A stretch of 62,394 nucleotides of DNA, filler included. It is 5 parts of 5 records of this genome, joined end to end, with 100 filler letters (N's around TTAATTAATTAA, not from the genome) between each part and the next. Parts side by side here need not be neighbours in the genome. Positions count along the whole stretch, not along the records: positions 20,161 to 30,042 come from SRR20825019_3047; positions 30,143 to 47,685 come from SRR20825019_3050; 3 more parts are not named here. One strand, 5' to 3'. The notes below the pieces were generated by a model, which was not told the DNA's origin, made no database searches, and saw only the letters and a list, made by a program, of their open reading frames with translations. Below, piece after piece: positions 22,837 to 32,910 of the stretch (positions are counted from its first letter, which is position 1; each line of letters begins with the position of its first letter). Both the position numbers and the translations under genes were made by a program.

Positions 22837-24317
22837 GCGTACTGCTCCCTGTAAGTGCGGACGATGTATAGCGCGTAAATGTTCAGCACCAGTGTGATGA
22901 TGAAAAGCATCAGACCAAGCGCGAAGGCCACAAGCGTTTGCGACGAACTGAATGCGGGCGTTCCGATAAGCTGATTGACGATCTGAACCGTAACAGTTGT
23001 CATCGGTTCCAGCGGATTCAGAGTGATCTGCGCGGCGATACCTGCGGCAAGAACCACAATCACCGTCTCGCCAATGGCCCGCGACACTGTCAGCAGCAAA
23101 GCACCGGAAATTCCAGGCATGGCCGCGGGCAGAAGCACGTGCCGGATGGTTTCCGATTGCGTTGCACCAAGGCTGAGCGAACCTTCCCGAAGCCTGTCGG
23201 GAACCGCCCGAATAATATCATCTGCAAGAGAGGAAATGTATGGCACCAGCATGATGCCGATCACCAGACCGGCAGTCAGAACAGACTGCGCGGCGATGAA
23301 ACCGGTACTGTCCGAGGTAAAAAGGCCGTTGATATGCCCGGAGAGATCGCGGAGGAACGGTCCAACCACCACCAGAGCGAACACGCCATAAACGATGGCA
23401 GGTATTCCGGCCAGAACCTCAAGAGACGGCTTGGCAAGCGAACGAAAGCGTGTCCCGGCATATTCGGCCAGATAAATGGCAGCGAAAAGCCCGACAGGCA
23501 CAGCAACCGCAAGCGCCACTGCCGCAATATAAAGTGTTCCGACCAGAAGCGGGATCAGCCCAAACTGTCCGACAACGGCTGCTTCCCCGGCAGCAGCAAA
23601 CCCCGGCTCCCATACAGCACCGAAGAAGAATGCTTTTGGAGACACCATGGAAAAGAACCGAAAGGTCTCCACTATCAGCGACAGAACAATGCCAAGTGTC
23701 GTCAGCACCGCGACAGATGAAGCGGAGACAAGAGCCAGATAGATGATCCGCTCAACTCTGACCCGGGCCTTGAATTGGGGCCTGATAGCCCTGAGAGAAA
23801 ACAGAAATCCACCAATTGCGACCACGCCCACGACAACTGTCATGGCGATATGACTGACTGAGCGTAAATGGTTGAGTTTTACGGCGGATGCGATGATATC
23901 CGCCTCGGGGGCTTTGGCCAGTTGCACACCTTTTTTGGCCAGCTCCGTTCGCAAACTATCGCCATTCGCCTTCAAGGCCTCTGCTTTTTCAGGCGGAACC
24001 ATACGCAAGCCATACGCCAGGGCCGACACCGTATTAAAAGTGAGGTTCTGGACGGCGGCAGGTTGGCTTTGAAGCGTTTCGGAGAAACCGTCACGTACCT
24101 GTCCGGCAACAATCAATGGGCTGATGACAAGCCAGACAATCATGATCGCCAGTGCAGGAAGGACCGTACAGATCGCGACAAAGCTGGCATAATGTGCAGG
24201 TCTGGATTTCAGCTTTGTCGCCGCAGTTCCGGAAAGCGCAATGACACGTGTGCGTGCGGCAAGAAAGCCGACGACACCAAAAAGCGCCAACAGAACCAAA
24301 ATCAAAACGACATACAT
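22833..24317 (-). CDS. pstC: Phosphate ABC transporter permease PstC
   Basis: AIYLAEYA, KPSLEVLAGIP, SRAIGET. Start chosen at MYVVLI; the ORF extends to 24356. Confidence 0.93.
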   Translation of the reverse strand: MYVVLILVLLALFGVVGFLAARTRVIALSGTAATKLKSRPAHYASFVAICTVLPALAIMIVWLVISPLIVAGQVRDGFSETLQSQPAAVQNLTFNTVSALAYGLRMVPPEKAEALKANGDSLRTELAKKGVQLAKAPEADIIASAVKLNHLRSVSHIAMTVVVGVVAIGGFLFSLRAIRPQFKARVRVERIIYLALVSASSVAVLTTLGIVLSLIVETFRFFSMVSPKAFFFGAVWEPGFAAAGEAAVVGQFGLIPLLVGTLYIAAVALAVAVPVGLFAAIYLAEYAGTRFRSLAKPSLEVLAGIPAIVYGVFALVVVGPFLRDLSGHINGLFTSDSTGFIAAQSVLTAGLVIGIMLVPYISSLADDIIRAVPDRLREGSLSLGATQSETIRHVLLPAAMPGISGALLLTVSRAIGETVIVVLAAGIAAQITLNPLEPMTTVTVQIVNQLIGTPAFSSSQTLVAFALGLMLFIITLVLNIYALYIVRTYREQYA

Positions 24318-24374
24318 ATGCTCATCCAGAAGGCCGCCAAGACGCACCTGCGCCAAGCCTGCCCTACATTTTAC

Positions 24375-25454
24375 TCATTTTTTGGAAACACCGTGGTCAG
24401 GCGTCCCATGATCTTTTGTCTTTCCGCCTTCGAGGCGGTTATTCAGCTTAAGGCGAATACTGCGTCGTTCCTCTGCCGAAACCGGTACCAGACCATACTC
24501 TGCCAGTGGCGAATACGGTCCCACCATATCTTCGGAAAAAAAGAAGCTCACATATTCGCGAAGACCGGGAATAACATCGAGATGCGCATCCTTTACATAA
24601 AAGAATAGCGGCCTTGAAACCGGATAGGCACCGGAAGCAACCGTTGCGGCGGAAGGCTCAACACCATCGATCTCGACAACATTCAGTTCACGAATATTAT
24701 TTTCATAAAAAGACAGGCCGAACACTCCCAGCGCACCGGGATTGGACTGAATGCGCTGAAGTGTTTCGGTGTAGTCACCGGCAATACTCACAGCGCGCCC
24801 GTCCCGGCGCACCTCAAGGCAGCGATTTGCAGCCTTTTCCGGGTCAAGCATTTCAATCCATGCCGCAAGTGTTCCGGTGCGCGCGCAGCCAATCGCCAAA
24901 ATGCGATCTTCCAAAACTTCCCGCGTGCCATGTTTTTCACCGGGTATATAGGCATCAATTCTGAGATCCGGCAGCGCCGGATTGATCTCGGACCAGCGCT
25001 CATAGGGGTTCGCAATCATTGCGCCATCAACCAGCAGTTCCTTGGCCAGCGCCTTGTAAATCTCGTCGATGGTCAGGTCGAACTTGATCGTCTGGGAAGC
25101 GGTGGCAAAGACGATACCGTCATAACCGAAATTGAATTCCTCAACGCCCGTAACCCCATTTTTGCCGCACACTTCCGCCTCACTATGGCGGATCGGCCGC
25201 GATGAATTGGCGATGTCGATCGTATCCGGCCCCACACCCCGACAGAACTCCTTCAGCCCGGCAGATGACCCGCCCGATTCAATCAGCGGGGTTTTAAATT
25301 GCGGATAAACCTCGGAAAAGGTCTCGCCAACAATCGTGGCATAAGGCAGCACAGTCGAAGAACCGACAATTCTGATCTGGTCGCGCGCAACGGCAGAGGT
25401 CGCGGTTAGGCACAGCGCGAGAAGAAAAATCCTGATCATTGTCGAGAGCGTCAT
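24375..25454 (-). CDS. pstS: Phosphate-binding periplasmic protein PstS
   Basis: Signal peptide, VGSSTVLPY, GGSSAG, NSSR, GYDG, YPVSRPLFFYVK. Confidence 0.93.
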   Translation of the reverse strand: MTLSTMIRIFLLALCLTATSAVARDQIRIVGSSTVLPYATIVGETFSEVYPQFKTPLIESGGSSAGLKEFCRGVGPDTIDIANSSRPIRHSEAEVCGKNGVTGVEEFNFGYDGIVFATASQTIKFDLTIDEIYKALAKELLVDGAMIANPYERWSEINPALPDLRIDAYIPGEKHGTREVLEDRILAIGCARTGTLAAWIEMLDPEKAANRCLEVRRDGRAVSIAGDYTETLQRIQSNPGALGVFGLSFYENNIRELNVVEIDGVEPSAATVASGAYPVSRPLFFYVKDAHLDVIPGLREYVSFFFSEDMVGPYSPLAEYGLVPVSAEERRSIRLKLNNRLEGGKTKDHGTPDHGVSKK

Positions 25455-25565
25455 TGCGCCTGTCCCTTGGCGGGTTTTGTCGGGTTTTATCGGTCGAAGC
25501 GCGGTCTTCAACCAGGCAAAGTCATGAACACGTTAAATCAGATAGGTATCGTGCGCAGGCCCTTC

Positions 25566-25598
25566 TTTTATGACACTTTTACGAAGTATTTATGAAGG
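25566..25598 (-). promoter_or_regulatory. Pho box (three 11-bp-period PhoB repeats) upstream of pstS
   Basis: Minus strand CCTTCATaaat-ACTTCGTaaaa-GTGTCATaaaa versus consensus CTGTCAT-N4. Confidence 0.75.
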
Positions 25599-25706
25599 AT
25601 TGCAGCTTTGTTTTCCTTATGCTTTTCCAGATCAGTAACCCAAACCTGAAGTTCATCTGATTGAACGGTCACATCTTTCAGATTCGCACCAGTCGCCAAG
25701 CGCTCG

Positions 25707-26963
25707 TTAAAAACGAACTGTGAATGTTGTTCCACGCCCGACTTCAGAGCGGATGATCAACCTTGCGCGGTGGCGCGTCAGAATGTGTTTGACAATCGCC
25801 AACCCGAGGCCGGTTCCTTTTTTCGAGCGGCTGTCAGCCACAGAGACGCGATAAAAACGCTCTGTCAGGCGCGGCACATGTTCTGCCGGAATACCCGGTC
25901 CATAATCGACGACAGAAATTTCGGCCCCGCGCGGCGAGAGCGTTTTCAGGTAGACATCGATCTTCTCACCGTCAGCCCCGTACTTGCAGGCATTTTCCAT
26001 CAGATTCTCAAAAACCTCGACAAGCTCATCCTTGTCCCCCTGCACGAAAACCGGGTCGTCCGGCAGATGCAGGTGGATTGCGACATCAAGATCGCGAGCC
26101 AGAGGCAGCAGAGAATCGCGCACATGTTCAATCAGGGGGGCAAGTTCAACGGTCTGATCAGGCGGCAGATGCGCACGCACTTCCAGCCGGGACAGTGACA
26201 TCAGATCATCGACCAGACGGCTCATGCGTTTTGCCTGATCCAGCATGATCGGCAGAAAACGCTCCTGCGCCTTGGCATCCCCTTTGGCCGGACCTTGCAG
26301 GGTCTCGATGTAACCGCGCAGCGATGCGAGCGGCGTTCTGAGTTCATGGCTGGCATTGGCGACAAAATCGGACCGCATACGATCAATCCGGCGCGATTCG
26401 GAAACATCACGGAACATCAGAAGAAAGGTTGGCCGCGCACCTGTCTCTGCCGAAGCGGCAACCGTCGCGGAGCGCACCAGATAAACACGCTCGGATGGCA
26501 GGCGTTCTGAATACTCGATCTGGTTGGCACGTCCGCTTGACAGCGTATCACGTATGATATCCAGAACGCCGGGTGCACGCATACGGGCCGAAATATGAGC
26601 ACCAATGGGAAATGTGCCGAAAGTGTCACCCGCAGACCGGTTTTGAAACAGCACCGATCCATCCGAGTTGAGCACATAGATCGCAAGGTCGATCTCATCC
26701 AGAAAGCGTGGCATATCGCCAAAATCGATCGGCGTGGCGGCTTCGGTGGTTTCCGGCAGGGGGGCTTCACCCCGAACACGCTTGGGTTCGGCCTGATACA
26801 AGGCGGCAGCAACAATCACAAACAAGCCCAGCAGGACGGGAAGAGGCCCGAGCGCACTTGTTCCCCAGGCGATCAACGCCACAACGGACACGGCAATCAA
26901 CACCGCACGCGCCGAACGCGCGCGATCCATCAGATTATTGGCCGCATTTTTCAGCCGTTTCAA
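25707..26963 (-). CDS. phoR: Phosphate regulon sensor histidine kinase
   Basis: RSDFVANASHELRTPL, ENACKYG, LTERFYRV, GTGLGLAIVKH. Adjacent to pst. Confidence 0.93.
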   Translation of the reverse strand: MKRLKNAANNLMDRARSARAVLIAVSVVALIAWGTSALGPLPVLLGLFVIVAAALYQAEPKRVRGEAPLPETTEAATPIDFGDMPRFLDEIDLAIYVLNSDGSVLFQNRSAGDTFGTFPIGAHISARMRAPGVLDIIRDTLSSGRANQIEYSERLPSERVYLVRSATVAASAETGARPTFLLMFRDVSESRRIDRMRSDFVANASHELRTPLASLRGYIETLQGPAKGDAKAQERFLPIMLDQAKRMSRLVDDLMSLSRLEVRAHLPPDQTVELAPLIEHVRDSLLPLARDLDVAIHLHLPDDPVFVQGDKDELVEVFENLMENACKYGADGEKIDVYLKTLSPRGAEISVVDYGPGIPAEHVPRLTERFYRVSVADSRSKKGTGLGLAIVKHILTRHRARLIIRSEVGRGTTFTVRF

Positions 26964-27022
26964 TTGCCGCTCCAGATCATCTGCAGAAATCCATCTTAAC
27001 AGACGATGGCTACACGTACTTT

Positions 27023-27040
27023 ATGACAGCTATATTCCAG
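27023..27040 (-). promoter_or_regulatory. Pho box upstream of phoR
   Basis: Minus strand CTGGAAT-atag-CTGTCAT. Confidence 0.65.
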
Positions 27041-27060
27041 TCTCTGCAATCCATGCCAAT

Positions 27061-28365
27061 TTACTGTCCGTTTCCGTTTTCATCCACAGCCCGCGCCCGA
27101 ATGGCAAAGATATCGAGTGGAATGCCGGTTCCGTTCACATCGCTGGTGATCATCAGCTGTGATGGCAGTGCGCCACCGTTTGGCCGCAACTGAATAACAA
27201 GATTGTCCCGGTGTGCAGGTGCCATATAGCGATGACGCTGGCAGCCCTGAATCGTGCCATCATAACAGGCAATGGCGACCTGCTGACCACCGGCCTGCGG
27301 TGCGACGACGGTTGCCTCGACCAACACAGGGCCGTCCTCCAGCATGTTGATGACGGCAGGGGGAATACGAAAGCGGACCGCACCATTGTCACCTGTCGCA
27401 TTTGCGGAAATCCGCAGAGCCGGTTCGCCATCCACAGTCACGTTTTCAGCGGATGTCGCCGCACCGCCCGAAACACCACTGGTCTGGCCCGGCATGAAAA
27501 CCGGTGTCCAGGTCGAAGCGCCTTCAAAATCCTCTGCCTCGATCCGCGGCGGTGGATTGGGCACAGCAGTATCACGCGATTGCGGGTTCATCGTGAAACC
27601 CGATTGCATGATCCACCATGCGCCAGCGGCAATGAAAGCAAGAACAATAACAATCATAAAGCCGCTGGCGAAAATTCCGCGTTTCTTTCTCTTGCCATTT
27701 TGTGCCTGCGCATGATGTTCGGTGCGGGCTTTTTTCCTGACGGGCTTTGCCGCCTTCATCTTCTTCGCACCGGCCTTTTGCTGCTTGGGTCTGCGGTACT
27801 CTTCAGCCACAGAAAGATCGCCCATGCCGCCGAGCGCGCCGGCATCAAGGTGACCGGTTTCGACGCCACGCTCAGGCTCCGGCGTAAAATCAGCCTCTGT
27901 AAAATCAGAAGTCTCAGTGCTGTTTCCGGTAAACGAAGGCGGCTCGGGAAAATCGATCCGATCCGCCGCCTCTTCCAACGGCATATCGACAGAAGGTTCC
28001 GAGCGTAACGGCGGCTCCGTTTCAGGCGACTGCATCTGAAGATACGGCTCCTGATGCGGTTCTGCCGAAGAACTTCCCGCGCGATCCGGTGTACGCCCGA
28101 CAGCAAAGGGATCGTCAAAAAGCGGCGGCTCGCCTCTGACCCCGGTCGACCGGACCCTTGCAGCTTCCTCGCGTTCGATCTGCGTGATCGCGTCATCAAG
28201 CTGACGCCTCTGGCGCGCAATCACCTTGGGATCGGAAACCTCCTGTTTCGACAACCCACGCTCCAGCGCCTGCCGTGCAGACTGGTAAATCCGCGCACGC
28301 ACATTCGCATTTTCACGTTCGGCGTTGTCGAGCGCCTTTCTGATAGCTTCTTCCAGTCCGCTCAC
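27061..28365 (-). CDS. Conserved rhizobial single-pass membrane protein (helical N-domain, acidic linker, periplasmic beta-domain)
   Basis: MSGLEEAIRKAL...RARIYQSARQALE, TM IVIVLAFIAAGAWWI, Cys pair in the C-domain. Confidence 0.75.
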   Translation of the reverse strand: MSGLEEAIRKALDNAERENANVRARIYQSARQALERGLSKQEVSDPKVIARQRRQLDDAITQIEREEAARVRSTGVRGEPPLFDDPFAVGRTPDRAGSSSAEPHQEPYLQMQSPETEPPLRSEPSVDMPLEEAADRIDFPEPPSFTGNSTETSDFTEADFTPEPERGVETGHLDAGALGGMGDLSVAEEYRRPKQQKAGAKKMKAAKPVRKKARTEHHAQAQNGKRKKRGIFASGFMIVIVLAFIAAGAWWIMQSGFTMNPQSRDTAVPNPPPRIEAEDFEGASTWTPVFMPGQTSGVSGGAATSAENVTVDGEPALRISANATGDNGAVRFRIPPAVINMLEDGPVLVEATVVAPQAGGQQVAIACYDGTIQGCQRHRYMAPAHRDNLVIQLRPNGGALPSQLMITSDVNGTGIPLDIFAIRARAVDENGNGQ

Positions 28366-28578
28366 AATCTCAATCCCGTTTCATCCCAAATCTGATGCGC
28401 TCAAGATAAAGCTAAACCGCTATTGACAGGGTTTCGCTTCTTCGATCAAGGCAAAATACAATGATCGGTTCCAAAGGTTGATATCACAGGCCTCGGCACA
28501 ATGTTCTCAACCGTTGCAATCCCGGCGGAAAAATGCCTTTGTTCTCAAGCAACAAGAGCATAATGGGAGCCGCGCACC

Positions 28579-29358
28579 GTGTCACAGACATTCCGCCTCG
28601 ACGATCTGATGCGGATCGCCCGTGAAGAGGGCCGTATTGTGGCCGATGAGGCTGCCGTGCGGCTTGGCGTCACGGTTCAGACGATCCGCCGGGATCTCTT
28701 GAAACTGGCAGAGGCCGGGAAGCTGACGCGTGTGCATGGCGGCGCGGTTCTGCCCTCGGGAACCGCCAATATCGGCTATGATGACCGCCGCAGCCTGCAT
28801 TCAGACGAAAAGACCGATATCGCCAGCGCCTGCGCGGCTGCCATCCCGGACAATGCCGCAATCTTCATGAATATCGGCACAACGACAGAAGCAGTGGCAC
28901 GCGCACTTCTCGACCACAGGAAGCTTCTGGTGGTCACCAACAATATCAATGTTGCCAATACGCTCGTTGCCAACCCCGATTGCGAGATCGTGCTGGCAGG
29001 CGGACTTTTACGCCGCACGGATGGCGGACTGGTGGGCACACTTGCCAACCGGATCGTCGAACAATTCAAGTTCGATCTGGCCGTGATCGGCTGTTCGGCA
29101 ATTGACGGCGACGGCGACCTTCTGGATTTCGACATCATGGAAGTCGGCGTCAGTCAAACGGCAATTGCACGCTCAAGGAAAACACTCCTCGTCGCCGATC
29201 ACTCGAAATTTGCACGCACCGCTCCCGCGCGGATCGCCTCGCTTTCCGATATCGATACGTTCTTCACCGACAAACCTCTGACACCGGCTTTGAGCGAGCG
29301 CTGCAAGTCATGGCAGACCGACGTTGTCGTCGCTGAAACGGAAAGACCCGCCGGATAG
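28579..29358 (+). CDS. DeoR/GlpR family transcriptional regulator
   Basis: VTVQTIRRDL...RVHGGA, NIGTTTEAVA, VVTNN, ADHSKF. Confidence 0.92.
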   Translation: MSQTFRLDDLMRIAREEGRIVADEAAVRLGVTVQTIRRDLLKLAEAGKLTRVHGGAVLPSGTANIGYDDRRSLHSDEKTDIASACAAAIPDNAAIFMNIGTTTEAVARALLDHRKLLVVTNNINVANTLVANPDCEIVLAGGLLRRTDGGLVGTLANRIVEQFKFDLAVIGCSAIDGDGDLLDFDIMEVGVSQTAIARSRKTLLVADHSKFARTAPARIASLSDIDTFFTDKPLTPALSERCKSWQTDVVVAETERPAG

Positions 29359-29365
29359 GCGGGTC
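29345..29365. terminator. Hairpin between convergent DeoR and FAH genes
   Basis: GACCCGCC-ggata-GGCGGGTC. Confidence 0.55.
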
Positions 29366-29393
29366 AGGTCGTTCAGCGCTGCGCTGAAAATCT

Positions 29394-30041
29394 TCAGGCG
29401 TTCCAGGCAATCGTCTTTTGCGTCTGTTCGCCAAGCCCGTCGATACCAAGTTTCATGGTCTGACCGTGCTTCAGATAAACCGGCTCCGGTTTCTGCCCCA
29501 TGCCAACGCCGGGCGGCGTTCCGGTGGTGATGATATCACCGGGTTGCAGGCTCATGAACTGCGACAGATAGCTCACCAGATGCGCAACATCGAAAACCAT
29601 GGTCTTGGTTGAACCGTCCTGATAACGGTGACCGTCAACCTCCAGCCACATGGCAAGGTTTTGCGGGTCTTCCACTTCATCGCGGGTGACGAGATACGGA
29701 CCAATTGGCCCGAATGTGTCGGCGCTCTTGCCCTTCACCCACTGGCCGGAACGCTCGATCTGGAACTCCCGCTCGGAGAGATCATTAACGACGCAGTAGC
29801 CGGCAACATGGGCCATGGCATCGGCCTCATCCACATAACGCGCTTCCCTGCCGATCACGACGCCAAGCTCGACCTCCCAGTCGGTCTTCTTCGAATTTTT
29901 CGGAATGCGAACATCGTCATTGGGACCGATGATCGCGCTGGTGGCTTTCATGAAGATGATCGGTTCTTTCGGCAGTTCCGCGCCGGTTTCAGCCGCGTGA
30001 TCGGCATAGTTCAGGCCGATGCAGATGAACTTGCCGACCTT
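29394..30041 (-). CDS. Fumarylacetoacetate hydrolase family protein (5' truncated)
   Basis: KFICIGLNYADHA, DWEVELGVVIG, NDLSER, GKSADTFGPIGP, GDIITTGTPPGVG. Confidence 0.93.
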   Translation of the reverse strand, partial: KVGKFICIGLNYADHAAETGAELPKEPIIFMKATSAIIGPNDDVRIPKNSKKTDWEVELGVVIGREARYVDEADAMAHVAGYCVVNDLSEREFQIERSGQWVKGKSADTFGPIGPYLVTRDEVEDPQNLAMWLEVDGHRYQDGSTKTMVFDVAHLVSYLSQFMSLQPGDIITTGTPPGVGMGQKPEPVYLKHGQTMKLGIDGLGEQTQKTIAWNA

Positions 30042-30042
30042 G

Positions 30043-30142
30043 NNNNNNNNNNNNNNNNNNNNNNNNNNNNNNNNNNNNNNNNNNNNTTAATTAATTAANN
30101 NNNNNNNNNNNNNNNNNNNNNNNNNNNNNNNNNNNNNNNNNN
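30043..30142. other. Artificial contig linker
   Basis: N-run/TTAATTAATTAA/N-run. Confidence 0.98.
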
Positions 30143-30143
30143 G

Positions 30144-31007
30144 ATCCTGACGGATTCCGGCGGCTTTCAGGTCATGTCCCTCTCCAAGCTGCGGAAGATC
30201 ACGGAACAGGGCGTGACCTTCCAGAGCCATGTCGACGGCAGCTCCCACGAGCTGACCCCGGAAAGCTCGATCAAGATCCAGCATCAGCTCGATTCCAACA
30301 TCACCATGTGCTTCGACGAATGCACGCCCTACCCGGTGGAGAAGAAGGAAGCCGCCGAGTCCATGCGGCTTTCGATGCGCTGGGCGCAGCGCTCGCGGGA
30401 CGCTTTTGTCGACCGTGGCGGCTACGGCCTGTTCGGCATCGTGCAGGGCAGCGTGTTCGAGGATCTTCGGCATGAATCCATCGAGGCGCTGACCAAGATC
30501 GGTTTCGACGGGTACGCGGTTGGCGGTCTGGCTGTGGGCGAGGGGCAGGAGATGATGTTCTCGACTCTCGATTTCACCACGCCGTCCATGGTGGCCGACA
30601 AGCCGCGTTATCTGATGGGCGTCGGCAAGCCGGACGATCTGGTCGGCGCGGTGGAGCGCGGCATCGACATGTTCGATTGCGTGCTGCCGACCCGTTGCGG
30701 GCGCACGGGCCAAGCCTTCACCCGGCGCGGCACGGTCAATATCCGCAATGCCCGCCACATGGACGATCCGCGCCCGCTCGATCCCGGTTGTTCCTGCCCG
30801 TGCTGCAGCAGTTACAGCCGGGCCTATCTGCATCATCTCTTCCGGGCCGGTGAAGTGCTCGGGCTGATGCTGCTCACCTGGCACAACCTCTCTTACTTCC
30901 AGGAAGTCATGGCCGGATTGCGCGGCGCCATCGAGGCCGGCACTCTGTCGGCGCATGCTGCGGCCTTCCGGGCTCAGCAGGCGGAGGGCGATATCGAGCC
31001 CCTCTGA
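30144..31007 (+). CDS. tgt: Queuine tRNA-ribosyltransferase (5' truncated)
   Basis: [43 protein letters not shown]...YLHHL. Confidence 0.97.
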   Translation: MLTDSGGFQVMSLSKLRKITEQGVTFQSHVDGSSHELTPESSIKIQHQLDSNITMCFDECTPYPVEKKEAAESMRLSMRWAQRSRDAFVDRGGYGLFGIVQGSVFEDLRHESIEALTKIGFDGYAVGGLAVGEGQEMMFSTLDFTTPSMVADKPRYLMGVGKPDDLVGAVERGIDMFDCVLPTRCGRTGQAFTRRGTVNIRNARHMDDPRPLDPGCSCPCCSSYSRAYLHHLFRAGEVLGLMLLTWHNLSYFQEVMAGLRGAIEAGTLSAHAAAFRAQQAEGDIEPL

Positions 31008-31028
31008 GGTCGCCGGACGGAAGGGCTT

Positions 31029-32177
31029 ATGCAGCCGGAACAGCGGATCAGGCAGGAAGCGGAAGCGATCGGATTTTCCGCCACCGGGATCACCGCCGCC
31101 GATATCGGCACGCGGGAGCAGGCACGGCTGCGTGAATTTGTCGGCAATGGCGAGCATGGCGACATGGGCTGGATGGAAGCCCATATGGAGCGCCGGATCG
31201 CCCCGAAGGGCATCTGGGAAGACGCCCGGTCCGTTATCGTGCTGACCCAGAATTACGGCCCCGACCATGATCCGATGGCTAATCTGGATGCGACAGACCG
31301 GGCCAACATCTCCGTCTATGCCAGGAACAAGGATTATCACGACCTGATCAAGAAGCGCCTGAAGCGGCTGGCCCGCTGGATGGTCGCCGAGTTTGGCTGT
31401 CAGGTGAAGGTCTTCGTCGATACGGCGCCGGTGCTGGAAAAGCCGCTCGCCGCCAGTGCCGGGCTTGGCTGGCAGGGCAAGCACACGAACATGGTGTCCC
31501 GTGAACACGGCTCCTGGGTCTTCCTTGGCGAAGTTTTCACCGACATGGAGCTGGCGCCGGATGCGCCGGAGATCGACCATTGCGGCAAGTGCACCCGCTG
31601 TCTGGATATCTGCCCAACCAACGCTTTCCCGCGCCCCTATGCCCTCGATGCAAGGCGCTGCATCTCCTATCTGACTATCGAGCATAAAGGCCATATAGCG
31701 GAGGAATTCCGGGTGCCGATGGGCAACCGGATTTATGGCTGCGACGATTGTCTCTCCGTCTGCCCCTGGAACAAGTTCGCAGAACAATCCGCTGAAGCCG
31801 CCTTCGCCGCGCGGGACGACCTGACCTTGCCGCCGCTGGCCGAATTTCTCGGCCTCGACGATGCAGCCTTCCGGGAGCGCTTCAGGGGATCGCCGGTCAA
31901 GCGGATCGGCCGGGATCGGTTTCTGCGCAACGTGCTGATCGCCTGCGGCAATAGCGGTGATGATCGTCTTGCGCCGATGATTGAAGCGCTTCTGACGGAT
32001 GCGTCCCCGCTGGTGCGCGCGATGGCGGTCTGGGCGCTGGGGCGGCTGCTGCCGGAGCAGCGGTTTTCAGATCTGGCAAAAGGATTGTCTGAAGGCGAGG
32101 AGGACCCGGATGTCCGGGCGGAATGGCTGAAGCGGAAAAGCGCTTTCAGCGGCGCTTCAAGACCAGTCGGGAAATAG
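31029..32177 (+). CDS. queG: Epoxyqueuosine reductase
   Basis: ISVYARNKDYH, FVDTAPVLEK, CGKCTRCLDICPT, RCISYLTIE, GCDDCLSVCPWN. Confidence 0.96.
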   Translation: MQPEQRIRQEAEAIGFSATGITAADIGTREQARLREFVGNGEHGDMGWMEAHMERRIAPKGIWEDARSVIVLTQNYGPDHDPMANLDATDRANISVYARNKDYHDLIKKRLKRLARWMVAEFGCQVKVFVDTAPVLEKPLAASAGLGWQGKHTNMVSREHGSWVFLGEVFTDMELAPDAPEIDHCGKCTRCLDICPTNAFPRPYALDARRCISYLTIEHKGHIAEEFRVPMGNRIYGCDDCLSVCPWNKFAEQSAEAAFAARDDLTLPPLAEFLGLDDAAFRERFRGSPVKRIGRDRFLRNVLIACGNSGDDRLAPMIEALLTDASPLVRAMAVWALGRLLPEQRFSDLAKGLSEGEEDPDVRAEWLKRKSAFSGASRPVGK

Positions 32178-32630
32178 CCCGAGGAACACCTGGTCCACTT
32201 CCTGACTGCCCTTGTCGCCGATCGGCATCAGCAGTCTGGTCGCGGATTTATATTCCTTTTGATAGATCTTCACATGATCCAGCAACGGGGTGCGGGTTCG
32301 GCGCACGGCGCACAATTCATTGTGAAAGGTCGAGCCGAATTCGCTGTCGACATCGGAAGCAAACTTTCCGGTCCAGTCCTGTCCGGTGATCTGCGTGATC
32401 AGCGTGCCCTCGAGAGCATTCACGAAATCGTCGAGCTCTTCGACATATTTATAGACGCTGATGAAGCCGAGCCATTTCTGTAAAGCGTGCGGGGTGAAGG
32501 CATTCCTGTCCGGGATGCCGTCTGTCGGGCAGCATTCGTGCCAGTATTCAAGCAGGCCTTCCGCGCGGTTGCTGGCGAGCTTGTGAACGTGTCGGTATTT
32601 CTGATCGGCTCGATAGTGACCCAGGATCAT
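32157..32630 (-). CDS. Stand-alone PAS_5 (DUF1457)-like protein
   Basis: LLEYW...IPDRNAFTP...LGFI...EGTLITQITGQDWTGK...RLLMPI. Confidence 0.7.
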   Translation of the reverse strand: MILGHYRADQKYRHVHKLASNRAEGLLEYWHECCPTDGIPDRNAFTPHALQKWLGFISVYKYVEELDDFVNALEGTLITQITGQDWTGKFASDVDSEFGSTFHNELCAVRRTRTPLLDHVKIYQKEYKSATRLLMPIGDKGSQEVDQVFLGLFPDWS

Positions 32631-32767
32631 GGGACGAACACTTTTCCGGCTCTATTCTGAAGCCTTGGCTGCTGCCTTGAGCCGGCCAGGAGGTGATTGG
32701 CTGGCTACCTTGGTGCGGATAACAAACGTATTCTGGAAACTCCATTTTCGTGTATGCGATGATTTTC

Positions 32768-32782
32768 TTAAAATTCGATTAA
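32768..32782. promoter_or_regulatory. CtrA-binding box
   Basis: Perfect TTAA-N7-TTAA (TTAA-AATTCGA-TTAA) in an AT-rich divergent intergenic region of a high-GC contig. Confidence 0.65.
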
Positions 32783-32910
32783 TTTTTGGCCCGGCGCCTG
32801 TCTATGCATTGCAGTGTATGCCGATGAAATCATGTGCTGGGGCGCTACTGGCGCCGGAAAGCTCATCGGTCTAGTCTGGCGTGGCCTGATCTTTATTCCT
32901 GGATACCCTC

